The notes under the pieces are model-generated. The model saw nothing but the letters and a program-made list of their open reading frames with translations, was not told the DNA's origin and searched no databases. A stretch of 50,122 bases of DNA, from the IMG/VR virus record IMGVR_UViG_3300031673_000076, positions 1 through 50,122 of that record; one strand, written 5' to 3'. Numbering within the stretch: position 1 is the stretch's first letter; each line of letters begins with the position of its first letter. The position numbers and the translations under genes are program-made. Source of the stretch: a virus (lineage: Duplodnaviria; Caudoviricetes). Positions 10,011 through 19,436 of the stretch are shown here, piece after piece.

Positions 10011-10243
10011 GTTATTAACTCCGATAGGTCTTTCACTTCATACTCCGAGTTATCCTTTGAATCATATTGAGGTACCGACCGTGCCAGCATCATTAAATTA
10101 ACCCATGAGTATTTCCACATAATATCTTCCCATGTGAACCCAAAATAATTGATCAGGCTCCCGATGATTTGCCAGAGGTTGGATGGTTTTTCATCGTCCC
10201 GATCAGGTTTATTTGGTTGATCGAGACGATAGATGCCAAAAAA
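10007..10243 (-). CDS. -1 frameshift extension of the tail assembly chaperone (gpGT-like)
   Basis: T TTT TTG at 10243-10237; -1 frame is open (GIYRLDQ...LWQIIGSLINYFGFTWEDIMWKYSWVNLMML...ELIT*) and its TGA overlaps the GT2 ATG. Confidence 0.75.
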   Translation of the reverse strand, partial: FFGIYRLDQPNKPDRDDEKPSNLWQIIGSLINYFGFTWEDIMWKYSWVNLMMLARSVPQYDSKDNSEYEVKDLSELIT

Positions 10244-10737
10244 CTTTTTACCCCCATCATGGTCGTAACCAGTATGATAAGTTTCAAAAGTTCATCAGCA
10301 TTCAGGTTATTATTTAAAAATCTTTCAAGTTGACATCTTCTTAACTTATTCCATAGAGTCAATTTCCTGTTAATGATCGCATAGGATATTATTCTGAGTA
10401 TACTGTCCTTATATTTTACAATGTAATCCAAACCCAATTGAAATAATTGTCCGTCATCTTCAATCGTCTTGATGTCCATCTCCATCAGAATCTTAGATAT
10501 ATTAAGTAATGGGTTCAGGTGAATCCGATATATGCGAAACTTTCTGCTGGGTTTCAATATCTTCAGTTTATGGAGAATATTCTTGGTTTTATAAGTAACC
10601 TCGAAATCCACCCCCTCGTCAAGTATCGTACTTAATGCCTTGAGTTCAATATTCTCTTTGCCAGTGTTTACTTCCCCTTCAAGTACTCGCATTCTATTTT
10701 CTAATTCAATCTGTTCTCTGGTTTTTTCCCCTTCCAT
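10153..10737 (-). CDS. Tail assembly chaperone (gpG-like)
   Basis: Lies between tail tube and tape measure genes; slippery site near the 3' end. Confidence 0.75.
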   Translation of the reverse strand: MEGEKTREQIELENRMRVLEGEVNTGKENIELKALSTILDEGVDFEVTYKTKNILHKLKILKPSRKFRIYRIHLNPLLNISKILMEMDIKTIEDDGQLFQLGLDYIVKYKDSILRIISYAIINRKLTLWNKLRRCQLERFLNNNLNADELLKLIILVTTMMGVKSFLASIVSINQINLIGTMKNHPTSGKSSGA

Positions 10738-10791
10738 TATTCCCCTCGATTATTTTATGAGGAGTCTTTTTCAGGGACTCCCCATATTAAG

Positions 10792-11322
10792 TTAAACTTG
10801 GATGATTCGGCATGGTGTTTTGTATGCTGCCACTGAAGTATCAGGGCAGAGAGCCTCCACCTTGAAATTAAGTTGCCCGGTATCATTCCTTGCAAATTTC
10901 AAATCTGCGCCAACAGTCAATGATCCTCTGGCTATCTGGATTTTGATTTTCTTGAGGTTTACCGTATCAGAAATAGCCTCAAAAGCAAATTCTCGTATAG
11001 CTAAGGATGTTGCCGGCATCTTGTAACATGTCGTACCGCTCACCGATCCACCGAATGCAAGAATCAACATACTCGTTCCCAAATCCCGTGAAGCGAACTC
11101 AAGATATTGAGATGCATCCGTACTTATTGATACATCGGGTGTTGATTTATCTTCGACCATTATATTGGTCACAGTGGGAGGTTCTTTTACATAATGGGCA
11201 CTACCGGGAACCAGATTCCCTAAAGTGATTAATGCGGCAGGTATTGTCCCAATGGTTGTAATTACACCATACCGCAATTGTGAAAACCCCACGATGCGTG
11301 TGCCTGTTTTTATACTTCCCAT
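10792..11322 (-). CDS. Major tail tube protein
   Basis: Size, beta-rich composition and synteny after the tail terminator. Confidence 0.7.
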   Translation of the reverse strand: MGSIKTGTRIVGFSQLRYGVITTIGTIPAALITLGNLVPGSAHYVKEPPTVTNIMVEDKSTPDVSISTDASQYLEFASRDLGTSMLILAFGGSVSGTTCYKMPATSLAIREFAFEAISDTVNLKKIKIQIARGSLTVGADLKFARNDTGQLNFKVEALCPDTSVAAYKTPCRIIQV

Positions 11323-11334
11323 AACATTATCTCC

Positions 11335-11742
11335 TTATGGTAAAAACTGAATTGTACAATTTACCCGTATCGAAACGTAAGACATGCCAGGTTGGTCATA
11401 ATCAGAAATCAATAACTGACTGTTAATTTCAGCATTGAAATATGACGACCCGACCGTGTATGCCTCGATAGCGGTTATTACTTTCGTTGCGATTGCCCGC
11501 AACTTAACATTATCAGGTATTCCGGGAGCGATGTCCGGACAATGACAATTTATTATAGCCGTGCAGTTCTGCAGGTCTATGTCCTGTCCGCCGGTGATTG
11601 GCAGTGAAAGAATTACTATATCCCGTTTTATCGAGTCAACTGGTTTCCTGTCACGGTACACTCTTCCGTCAAGAAGTGCCGTTATCGCCACTACGTTAAT
11701 GAGCGGGTACAGGGTATCAATCACATCAAATGTGGTTTTCAT
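11335..11742 (-). CDS. Tail terminator-like protein
   Basis: G.VY...P.DS...DIVI pattern; synteny. Confidence 0.65.
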   Translation of the reverse strand: MKTTFDVIDTLYPLINVVAITALLDGRVYRDRKPVDSIKRDIVILSLPITGGQDIDLQNCTAIINCHCPDIAPGIPDNVKLRAIATKVITAIEAYTVGSSYFNAEINSQLLISDYDQPGMSYVSIRVNCTIQFLP

Positions 11743-12194
11743 TATGACGCCCCCAACATCTTCTTAATCTGCTTACAAAGTTTTTCGCCCATCTGGGCAC
11801 CCCCCGTGATAACATCATAACCTTTCGACTCAACGGCAGCGGCATATTCCATTCCGGCGGTTACAACGAGAACGAAACCGTCCGGGAATGTCTCTGCTAA
11901 TTCCGTCATTAATGCCTCACCAGCACTGATACCTTCTGCACCCTGTTTTACCTGTTCGAGTTGTTTCTCTTTGATTATACCGTCTTTAATGACGGCATAA
12001 CCTATTGAACTGCGCAAATTACCTGTGCGGTCATGAAAACTGCCGCCTGCGGGTGTTTTTTTCCTTGCGTAATTCGAGACCTTGATTCCGATAAAAGAAA
12101 GTACTTCAAAAGCTCTTCGCTCCTTATCATTGGCAAACTTATCAATGTACCGGTTTATGTCGGATTGTGTGAACTCTGGTATCAATCCTGGCAT
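11742..12194 (-). CDS. HK97 gp10-like neck/tail completion protein
   Basis: DRTGNLRSSI and AGMEYAAAVE motifs. Confidence 0.85.
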   Translation of the reverse strand: MPGLIPEFTQSDINRYIDKFANDKERRAFEVLSFIGIKVSNYARKKTPAGGSFHDRTGNLRSSIGYAVIKDGIIKEKQLEQVKQGAEGISAGEALMTELAETFPDGFVLVVTAGMEYAAAVESKGYDVITGGAQMGEKLCKQIKKMLGAS

Positions 12195-12499
12195 TTTATC
12201 TCCACATGCTTCTGATAAGCAAATAACTGAACTATGATATGGTCAGCATTAAAAAATGTGAGCTTCGCATCCTTTGGAATTGTACTCACACCAGTAAATA
12301 GAGGGGTAAATACCTCCCATTCGTAATTCAGAACAGCCCCGCCGGCGCCAGTAATAAATCGAGAGACGGCTGAATGTGGCTGTATATCACATAACACTCC
12401 GATAGTATGGACTGTGCCGGGAGTCCATGTTCCAACGGTATTGTAAGTCCCGGCAGAAGCCCATGAGAACACGGCGGTATGTGGGTATTTGCTTACCAT
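12182..12499 (-). CDS. Head closure protein (putative)
   Basis: Synteny and size. Confidence 0.55.
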   Translation of the reverse strand: MVSKYPHTAVFSWASAGTYNTVGTWTPGTVHTIGVLCDIQPHSAVSRFITGAGGAVLNYEWEVFTPLFTGVSTIPKDAKLTFFNADHIIVQLFAYQKHVEIKCQD

Positions 12500-12795
12500 A
12501 TCTGCGTACCGTCAACGGTTGCTATTACAGGCTCAATAACCCACTTTTTTAGAATCTCCCGTCTCATTGACATTAAAGTCCCTTTTGAATAGTCAATATA
12601 CCGAGAGCCTTCTTTCAGAATGGGATGCCCGCACATCCACAAATAAATATCTGCGGCAGCCAACTCAACTACCTGCTGATTAGCTGCCGTATAAGTTGCC
12701 TTCGGATTAGTAACGCCCCTGTCTATGAGAGTTTTATTTAAAAGGTTGTCATTCTCATATTCCAGAAGGCTCTGAAGTGCCTCTTTGATCGTCAT
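12493..12795 (-). CDS. Head-tail adaptor (putative)
   Basis: Follows the capsid gene; MTIKEAL...LIDRG...EG pattern. Confidence 0.6.
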   Translation of the reverse strand: MTIKEALQSLLEYENDNLLNKTLIDRGVTNPKATYTAANQQVVELAAADIYLWMCGHPILKEGSRYIDYSKGTLMSMRREILKKWVIEPVIATVDGTQIW

Positions 12796-12816
12796 CTTAT
12801 TACTCAGTTAAATTGT

Positions 12817-13896
12817 TTATGCCCATGTAGTTGCATGGAGTGTGTAAAGGTTTATACAATCATTAACAGAAGGCCATGAGGGAAAAGCATTCGCTTCCCC
12901 AACCGTCCATTCACAGACGGGATTTGTTTCTGAATACTTTTGTATCAGGATATTTTCCTGTTTAGCCAAAGTTGCCTGTTTGGGCGGATTCATTTCCGTT
13001 GCTATCGGGCCGAAATACATATCACCGACAGCCAACTCAGGAATGAATAATACATGACCAGTTACCCATGGTGTAACTGTGCTCTGCGTATTATCTTGAT
13101 TTTCCAGAATAAGAGTCTGGTCAACTAAAATAATTTGTGGCAGACCCATACCTTCAAGCATGGTATTGGCGATTGCAAGTGTAGGTGCCAATCTTACTTT
13201 TGTTCCGCCATAAAGGTATCCGAAACAGTAATTCTGCACTTGTGTCGATGCCTGGAAATATCCCCAGTCAGTATAGTCCATGAGTGCATATTTCAGCTTA
13301 ATACCCCATCCTCTGGCTTCAGTTTGAGCAGTTATAAAGTCAGTGATTGGCGTTGTAGTGCCAACCGCGGCAGTCCATACAACCGCAGCGCAATTTTTGT
13401 TTGCGGATGCCATCTGAGAATCTATATTTGATGTGGTTATAATACCCGCATTGGACGTTGCCGAAAGTCCGATATAACTCTGTGATAATAGACGAAGTGC
13501 AAGAAATTCGAGTCTTGCTTTCACGCCCTCAAAACAGAATTTAACATCGTCAAATACCAGTTTCATGATAGTTTTCTGCTCGGTATTTGCCATCGCTTTC
13601 AAAATGCTGTATTTATTCAAATCGGTCTCACGCATCGGCCTGCTGATCCTAATGGCTGGTATATCTCCTTTCAACGTAGTCACTATCGGACGCCGTTTAA
13701 TTGGAGCACTTGAATTATATGCAACAACATCAGCCATTACTGGCTTGCCTTCCGATCCTACAAGCGTTTCATAATCAAGAAACGGCGTTATTTGTGGAGG
13801 AAAGAAATCAGGCCAGAAATACTGTTTAATACCTCTGTTTGACAAATAGGCTGTCAAATTTTTCTTATTTATCTCACTTAACAATGAGTATTCCAT
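12817..13896 (-). CDS. Major capsid protein (lambda E-like family)
   Basis: FFP...MADVVAYNS..P...R...G.IP.I motifs; 359 aa; strong GGAGG RBS. Confidence 0.9.
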   Translation of the reverse strand: MEYSLLSEINKKNLTAYLSNRGIKQYFWPDFFPPQITPFLDYETLVGSEGKPVMADVVAYNSSAPIKRRPIVTTLKGDIPAIRISRPMRETDLNKYSILKAMANTEQKTIMKLVFDDVKFCFEGVKARLEFLALRLLSQSYIGLSATSNAGIITTSNIDSQMASANKNCAAVVWTAAVGTTTPITDFITAQTEARGWGIKLKYALMDYTDWGYFQASTQVQNYCFGYLYGGTKVRLAPTLAIANTMLEGMGLPQIILVDQTLILENQDNTQSTVTPWVTGHVLFIPELAVGDMYFGPIATEMNPPKQATLAKQENILIQKYSETNPVCEWTVGEANAFPSWPSVNDCINLYTLHATTWA

Positions 13897-13910
13897 TAGA
13901 TTTCACCTCC

Positions 13911-14573
13911 TTACACGAATCTTATGCGATCGGTTAATGGTGTTTTAACAGCTTCAGTAGGTGCGCTAAATGGCATACGTGATTCATTAACTTCACCACG
14001 TGTCACTGCACCAGCTGTTATGTTAGTAAGAGTCGTTCCATCATCCTTACGGACACGAATCGAATCAAGAAGCAAACAGTCCGCCTTATATAATGGAGCT
14101 GCTCCCGTTGCGAGTCCACCAGCTAAGGCTTGCTGAAGTTTTGTACCGGTAATTGCGGTACAATGAAGTCCACCACTTCCGGCTGTCAGAAGGATAATAT
14201 CTGTGCCGACGCCGTTCGTTTTCGTACCGATAGTAATAGCTGCGATTGTCACGGCTGTTCCACGGTTGTCCACCATGATGTATTCACCAACCTTAAAATT
14301 CTGGCCGGGTACACCTGGAATATTGGCGCTGTACACATAAATGCAGACACATGCTGCTGTGCCAAGTGTGCGTTTCAATGTTGCTGTTTTGACAGGATTA
14401 TATAATCCCGCCGTTGAAGCATTTTTGTGCAGTGGCGTTCCTGCGAATAGTTCAAGTGTTGAGGTTGGTATGTTGGTTGTAGCTATTGTCACACCGCCCT
14501 TTATATCACTTAAAATATCCAGAAATACAGGATAATACTGCTTTTCTGATTCTGCTGTAATTGCTAAAGACAT
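13911..14573 (-). CDS. Head decoration protein, Thr-rich
   Basis: Between scaffold and capsid genes; GG.T...AGTP...G.VNE..MP...L..I.FV. Confidence 0.65.
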   Translation of the reverse strand: MSLAITAESEKQYYPVFLDILSDIKGGVTIATTNIPTSTLELFAGTPLHKNASTAGLYNPVKTATLKRTLGTAACVCIYVYSANIPGVPGQNFKVGEYIMVDNRGTAVTIAAITIGTKTNGVGTDIILLTAGSGGLHCTAITGTKLQQALAGGLATGAAPLYKADCLLLDSIRVRKDDGTTLTNITAGAVTRGEVNESRMPFSAPTEAVKTPLTDRIRFV

Positions 14574-14589
14574 ATTTTATTCACCTCTC

Positions 14590-15321
14590 TCATTTCTTTT
14601 GTGAATTTACTTGTTCAGCGGCGAGTCCTCCGGTATTTGCAGTTGCAGTTTCGCTTTTTGCAAAATCAATTATAGCGCTTTCTCCAACAGTCATTCCGGC
14701 TAAGCCCTTCTTAACCGGGCTTAAATCTCCGCTCTCAATTTTCTTGTCTATTACTGATTGCTCACGGGTAAGTATCTTGTCTCCAAAATCCTTCACCGCT
14801 GCCTTGACGCCCTCAAGATTGTCAACCTTGATATAAGAGGCAAAATCTTCTGTCAATCCTGCCGTCTTAAGTTCCTGTTTCACCGCAGCCGTGATTCTTT
14901 CAGATGTGGTAACCGTTGAGAAATTCTGTATCAATTCTTTAAGGGTTTTGACTTCATCTCTCAGGGTCGCCATCTCTTTTTGCTCCGGTGTGAGGTCTTT
15001 GGTCTTGAGTTCATCATCTTTCTTCTTTTTATCCTCATCGGCAGTCTTTTTCAGCTTTTCTTCTTGAGTCTTCGTGTATTGGGTAATCCTGCGGTCAGTC
15101 TCGCTCTGGATGTACCGTGTCAATGAATCCTCAAGCCCTGCATTTTTAACCGCTGCGAGAAATTTATCTTGTGTCAGATTTTTCAAACTGTCCATGTCCG
15201 TTTTCAGTTGCGTTACTGCCCCTGCAATCTCGTCCACCGTTTTGACTGTAATCTGATCAAACAGTTCTTCGGCAAGACCTGCCTTTTTCAGTGCTTGCTT
15301 AATCTCCTGCTCATATAACAT
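14590..15321 (-). CDS. Capsid scaffolding protein
   Basis: Charged coiled-coil with QSETDRR motif; synteny. Confidence 0.75.
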   Translation of the reverse strand: MLYEQEIKQALKKAGLAEELFDQITVKTVDEIAGAVTQLKTDMDSLKNLTQDKFLAAVKNAGLEDSLTRYIQSETDRRITQYTKTQEEKLKKTADEDKKKKDDELKTKDLTPEQKEMATLRDEVKTLKELIQNFSTVTTSERITAAVKQELKTAGLTEDFASYIKVDNLEGVKAAVKDFGDKILTREQSVIDKKIESGDLSPVKKGLAGMTVGESAIIDFAKSETATANTGGLAAEQVNSQKK

Positions 15322-15350
15322 TTGAATATGCTCCTTTATTTGATGTTAAT

Positions 15351-15380
15351 AAAAAAGGCTGATGCATAAAGCACCAGCCT
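15351..15380 (-). terminator. Intrinsic terminator upstream of the scaffold gene
   Basis: AGGCTGGTGC-TTTAT-GCATCAGCCT followed by a T-run. Confidence 0.65.
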
Positions 15381-15448
15381 GGTTGTTCCATAACCGATAT
15401 TATTAATTCAATAAATTATTTAATATTTTATTTTATAAACCCATTATT

Positions 15449-15640
15449 TCACTTCCTTGTTTCGTGAATTATAAAAGTCGTAAATTCGCCATCTTCAAAA
15501 CATGGTGATATATGACCATAATAGGGCAATCCTGTGCTTGATAAAATCGTTTTATCTTTCACTAATGTATCAATTTCGTTTATTAATGTATTTATGTCAA
15601 GAGTTTTTTTTGATTGCTCTGTTTTGAGAAAGGCTGCCAT
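15449..15640 (-). CDS. Small protein, YezD/DUF2292-like
   Basis: YG.I...F.DG......HET.K pattern. Confidence 0.4.
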   Translation of the reverse strand: MAAFLKTEQSKKTLDINTLINEIDTLVKDKTILSSTGLPYYGHISPCFEDGEFTTFIIHETRK

Positions 15641-15645
15641 CCTAT

Positions 15646-15888
15646 CTATTCCTTACAGTATTTTTCATAAAGAGCGGATGCCTTCAACCCGATACTTGCA
15701 TGTCCTGAAGTATTCGCTCGTGCAATACATGCCCTCAGTGCGGGACACGAAATTTTACCCTTATCATTTCCGCTCCATACCTTGTAAGGAAACTTCTTAC
15801 CAGCCATCAAGAAAAAACTCTGCGGAAGTTCCTCACGTTCCTTATCGGATGGCGCTGTCCACGTCCCACTTTTTACCACATTAGCCAT
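15646..15888 (-). CDS. Small head-module protein
   Basis: RE.LP.S.F.....KFPY......AL.A..ARA pattern resembling phage head-associated domains. Confidence 0.5.
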   Translation of the reverse strand: MANVVKSGTWTAPSDKEREELPQSFFLMAGKKFPYKVWSGNDKGKISCPALRACIARANTSGHASIGLKASALYEKYCKE

Positions 15889-15892
15889 TTTA

Positions 15893-16189
15893 TTACCTCC
15901 GTTTTAATGCATTTTTAAGTTTCTGAGTCGCCATCTCTACATCCGCAGGAATGGCAGGCTCAAATAGAATGCCATTATGTGATTTACAATGTGCCCTCGC
16001 TTCTCCTTCAGTCCACGTAGTTATGGGATAGCGGTATGCCTGTTCCACTGATCCCGATGTTGTGCCATGTTTCAGCACACCAAAAAGTATCCGATATGAT
16101 TTGCCGTTATGTTCCCGCTCACGTGAGCCAAGTATGGTCATGGTTTCGGGATTGCGAAGTCGGCAGGAATGTTCAGCATGGTACGGCAT
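15893..16189 (-). CDS. Small head-module protein
   Basis: MPY..EH.CRL..P...WT..EAR.HC..H....FEPA pattern, recalled from head maturation proteins. Confidence 0.5.
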   Translation of the reverse strand: MPYHAEHSCRLRNPETMTILGSREREHNGKSYRILFGVLKHGTTSGSVEQAYRYPITTWTEGEARAHCKSHNGILFEPAIPADVEMATQKLKNALKRR

Positions 16190-16192
16190 GGT

Positions 16193-16954
16193 TTATCCCT
16201 TCATTTTCCTCACAAAGTCCATGTGGATTCGCTTCAACTCTTCAAATCTCATGAATATGATGTCGGTATACTGGTATCTTGTATCGAGTCCGTACATCTC
16301 GATATTCACCGCCTCAAATCCGATATGTTTAAAATTGCCGAGAATATCCTCAAGTGGAATCACCTCATCAACTATCTGTTGCATCCCGCTGAGTTCCTGT
16401 TTCATGACCACCTGGAATCGTGCATCGGGAATGTTCAGGTAGACGGTTGTGTGATCATGTGAATGTGCCTCCACCGTAGACAAGAATGATATTACTTTAT
16501 CAGGTGGAATATGCTCAAGAACATCAGCCATGACAATAACATCAAACTTCTTACCCAATATAATATCACAATTATCGGCAATCATATAGGTTATGTTTTT
16601 ATGAGCCGAATGCTCTTTCGCAAACTCAATCAACTTAGGGGATATGTCCACCGCCGTAACGACTGCTCCCAAGCGTGCCATGAATACCGATGTGATTCCA
16701 GTACCACAACCCAAATCCAGCACGGTATTCTTGTAACTAATAATCGAACCGAGCTTCTGTTTTATGTGCAAATGTCGGGGATTATCCCGCTTGTGATCAA
16801 CTTTCAGGTGATCCAGGAAGTTATCATAAAATTCTACAATCGGATCATTTGTTACTGGTAGACTTTCTATAGTTCCCCCTTTATTGACTGTTTTTGAACT
16901 GGCTTTGGCTGTTATCTTTCTGTTATATGCTCTTTTTGGTTTTACCGGTGTCAT
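16193..16954 (-). CDS. Class I SAM-dependent methyltransferase (small-molecule/sugar type)
   Basis: VLDLGCGTG, AVDIS, FDVIVMADVLEHI. Confidence 0.9.
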   Translation of the reverse strand: MTPVKPKRAYNRKITAKASSKTVNKGGTIESLPVTNDPIVEFYDNFLDHLKVDHKRDNPRHLHIKQKLGSIISYKNTVLDLGCGTGITSVFMARLGAVVTAVDISPKLIEFAKEHSAHKNITYMIADNCDIILGKKFDVIVMADVLEHIPPDKVISFLSTVEAHSHDHTTVYLNIPDARFQVVMKQELSGMQQIVDEVIPLEDILGNFKHIGFEAVNIEMYGLDTRYQYTDIIFMRFEELKRIHMDFVRKMKG

Positions 16955-16987
16955 ATTTTTTACCTCTCCAATTTCATAACAAGTAAG

Positions 16988-17332
16988 TTATATTAATTTT
17001 ACCATATTACCATTGTTGTCATATAATCTACCCGTTATACTCCAATAGAATTTTCCAGATACCATTCCAATACATGCACTACAGCGTATAGTTTGTTGTC
17101 TTGTTAAATTGTATCTCTCAAGTATTATTTTAAATAAATGACATTTTGGTTCCATGAGTAATTGTGGGCCTGTTTTATCGTAATATGCCTGTTCTAAAAA
17201 TTGACAACCTATCCCGCAATCTTTCCCGTTAAAATCAATTTCTGCTTCTGAAGGAAATTTTATTGTAGTTTTCATTTCTTTCCTCCTAAGTTTAAAATTG
17301 CAAGTATATTTCAACTCGCTCATACTTTTCAA
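16988..17332 (-). CDS. Cys-rich hypothetical protein
   Basis: CGxxC...C...RCxxC; likely start at MKTTIK (17275). Confidence 0.5.
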   Translation of the reverse strand: MKSMSELKYTCNFKLRRKEMKTTIKFPSEAEIDFNGKDCGIGCQFLEQAYYDKTGPQLLMEPKCHLFKIILERYNLTRQQTIRCSACIGMVSGKFYWSITGRLYDNNGNMVKLI

Positions 17333-17519
17333 TGATATTAATTAATTCCTGTGCTCCTTCAATATCAGCGCAAACCAATCCCATTAAGAAAGGTATAAAT
17401 TGTTCATCAACAATTCTCGATATTGAAGATACCTCCTCTCCTTTTTGTAATGCCATACACAATCCCTTGGCTAATGATTCACTTTTACTTATTGGTCTCC
17501 ACATTAAAGATGCACTCAT
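17292..17519 (-). CDS. Hypothetical protein
   Basis: Translationally coupled ORF. Confidence 0.55.
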   Translation of the reverse strand: MSASLMWRPISKSESLAKGLCMALQKGEEVSSISRIVDEQFIPFLMGLVCADIEGAQELINIIEKYERVEIYLQF

Positions 17520-18508
17520 TTCTTTCCCCCCAACCTATCAATAAGTTTTATCAGTTGTTCCATTTGATTCTCCCGTGTCCAGCCCCGCTTTATGATGTAA
17601 TCACGGGTATCATTATTCTCTGATCTCAGAGCTAACACCGTGCCATTCCCCAATACTTTCACATCATAATAGAATAGCCGTTCAGCTTCCTCGATTGAAT
17701 TAAATACCCATCCTGCAGGATACAATTCCTTTGCCCCGTAAAAGTTATGAATAATAGGTTGCAACCCATGTGCAGCCCCCTCCATGATGTTGTACGGATG
17801 CCCCTCGTGGATGCTGGTGCTGAGGATAAACCGCTTGTGCTCGTAGAAAGTGTTCATGTCCTTGACGAATCCATAGAACAGCACATTATCTTCAATGCCA
17901 AGTTCCTTTATGATGTACTTCAGGTAGATTTCAAACCGCTTGTCCTGAAAGGCACCGGCTACGTGAAGTTTCCATTGCTTATCTCTATTAACCAGTCGGC
18001 TCATTATCTGTATAGCCAGTGCCGGCTCTTTCTTGTGATTGATGTTCGCCACGTATGCGATGTTGAATTCATCACCCTTAACCAACTCCACTGATTTTAT
18101 GCTGTCGAGATCGATGCCGTTATACACTATCTTTGTGCATACCTTTTTCTCAAGGTCAGGGATTTGCTCCTTTACTATTGCCCGGATATGGGGTGCCACG
18201 AATACCAAGTAATCGACTACCGACCAGTCCACCTGCTTCGGCATATCTGATAAGGCTTCATAACTGTGCAACCGGATTATGATCTTCTTTTTCTTAGCCT
18301 CATACATCCGGGAAACGATCATAGCGACCTCGTTTGCCCATTCAATCCAGATGATGTCAGCCCATGCAACGGCGCTCTTGATTTCCTGATTCGTTGCCAC
18401 ATAGTACCTTAATATTCTATATTTATCTAATCCCTCAAACTTCTGTATTAAAGGTTCTATAAACGAATCCAATCCACGAGCACAGATAAATGCGAGCTTC
18501 TTCTTCAT
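17516..18508 (-). CDS. Glycosyltransferase family 4 (GT-B fold)
   Basis: YNGID, KKEP and STSIHEGHPYNIMEGAAHG (EX7E) motifs. Confidence 0.9.
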   Translation of the reverse strand: MKKKLAFICARGLDSFIEPLIQKFEGLDKYRILRYYVATNQEIKSAVAWADIIWIEWANEVAMIVSRMYEAKKKKIIIRLHSYEALSDMPKQVDWSVVDYLVFVAPHIRAIVKEQIPDLEKKVCTKIVYNGIDLDSIKSVELVKGDEFNIAYVANINHKKEPALAIQIMSRLVNRDKQWKLHVAGAFQDKRFEIYLKYIIKELGIEDNVLFYGFVKDMNTFYEHKRFILSTSIHEGHPYNIMEGAAHGLQPIIHNFYGAKELYPAGWVFNSIEEAERLFYYDVKVLGNGTVLALRSENNDTRDYIIKRGWTRENQMEQLIKLIDRLGGKK

Positions 18509-18738
18509 TTCTTTCCATCTTTCTGAATATCAATACATTCTTGACAGCGTTCATAATGAGCAACAAATTTATATATTTTATATTCTGAGTAATTCTCTAT
18601 TATATTTTGATATAAACAACAGAAATCTTCGCTTCCTCCGATTGAATGAATTAAATATTTACAATCTTTTCCACAATATTCTTCATTTTCTTCTTCAATT
18701 TCAATCTCAACTTCAACATGAATTTTAAGTTTCTTCAT
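18505..18738 (-). CDS. Cys-rich hypothetical protein, similar to 16988-17332
   Basis: CGxxC...C...RCxxC. Confidence 0.55.
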   Translation of the reverse strand: MKKLKIHVEVEIEIEEENEEYCGKDCKYLIHSIGGSEDFCCLYQNIIENYSEYKIYKFVAHYERCQECIDIQKDGKK

Positions 18739-18926
18739 ACTCCGCTCTCCAATTTGTTATAAAGTGCTTCCCTGAATCCCTCTTTATTTCCAAACTCACG
18801 CCAGAACCCTCTACGTCTCTGCCGTGTATATCCCGCCGATAACATCCAATTATCAACTGCTCTGAGCATATTCAAGGCACGTTTCACCCGCCAGAGATAG
18901 TACTTCTCTTTGAGACTTTTAAGCAT
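18735..18926 (-). CDS. Basic hypothetical protein
   Basis: Translationally coupled ORF. Confidence 0.55.
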   Translation of the reverse strand: MLKSLKEKYYLWRVKRALNMLRAVDNWMLSAGYTRQRRRGFWREFGNKEGFREALYNKLESGV

Positions 18927-19426
18927 TATGGTTCTATTCCCTCTTTTTTATTGATAGTTTTTTTGATTGTTCTGCCACAAAATGGGCAAATATTCTTAAG
19001 AGTGTCGGCACAAAAAGATTCATAATATCCGCATTCACACTCCACATATCCGCCACATCCGCAGGCATTTTCTTCTATTTTTCTCTGCCATGCACGGCAC
19101 CCCGAATCATTGTCATGTACTTTCTTTCTCATATCTTCAGACATGCCATAAGGATATGTGATATATCTTGTCGGTATCCTTGGTTTGCTATTATCCCAAC
19201 CATCATTAATTTTAGCAAGAGCCTTTTCGCATTTTGAACATATTGCGTTTTCATCAGATAGCCCTAATAGACAGTTAAATTCCTTGTGGGTTAAGTCATA
19301 TTGAGCGATAGACTTTACGATTTCACGCAATCTCTTTATTTCTGATTCATGTTCTCCTATTATCCGCCAAATATTATCCTCAATATGCTTTATATTCTTA
19401 ATTTCATGCTTTTCATTTACTTTCAT
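18926..19426 (-). CDS. Multi-Cys zinc-finger protein (paralog of 21458-21967)
   Basis: CSKC, NACGCGG, CECGY, CPFCGR. Confidence 0.7.
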   Translation of the reverse strand: MKVNEKHEIKNIKHIEDNIWRIIGEHESEIKRLREIVKSIAQYDLTHKEFNCLLGLSDENAICSKCEKALAKINDGWDNSKPRIPTRYITYPYGMSEDMRKKVHDNDSGCRAWQRKIEENACGCGGYVECECGYYESFCADTLKNICPFCGRTIKKTINKKEGIEP

Positions 19427-19436
19427 GGTTTCCTCT

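Noticed and set aside
10761-10782. Terminator after the tail tube gene
   Set aside because: Only a 6-bp stem on the coding strand with no T-run
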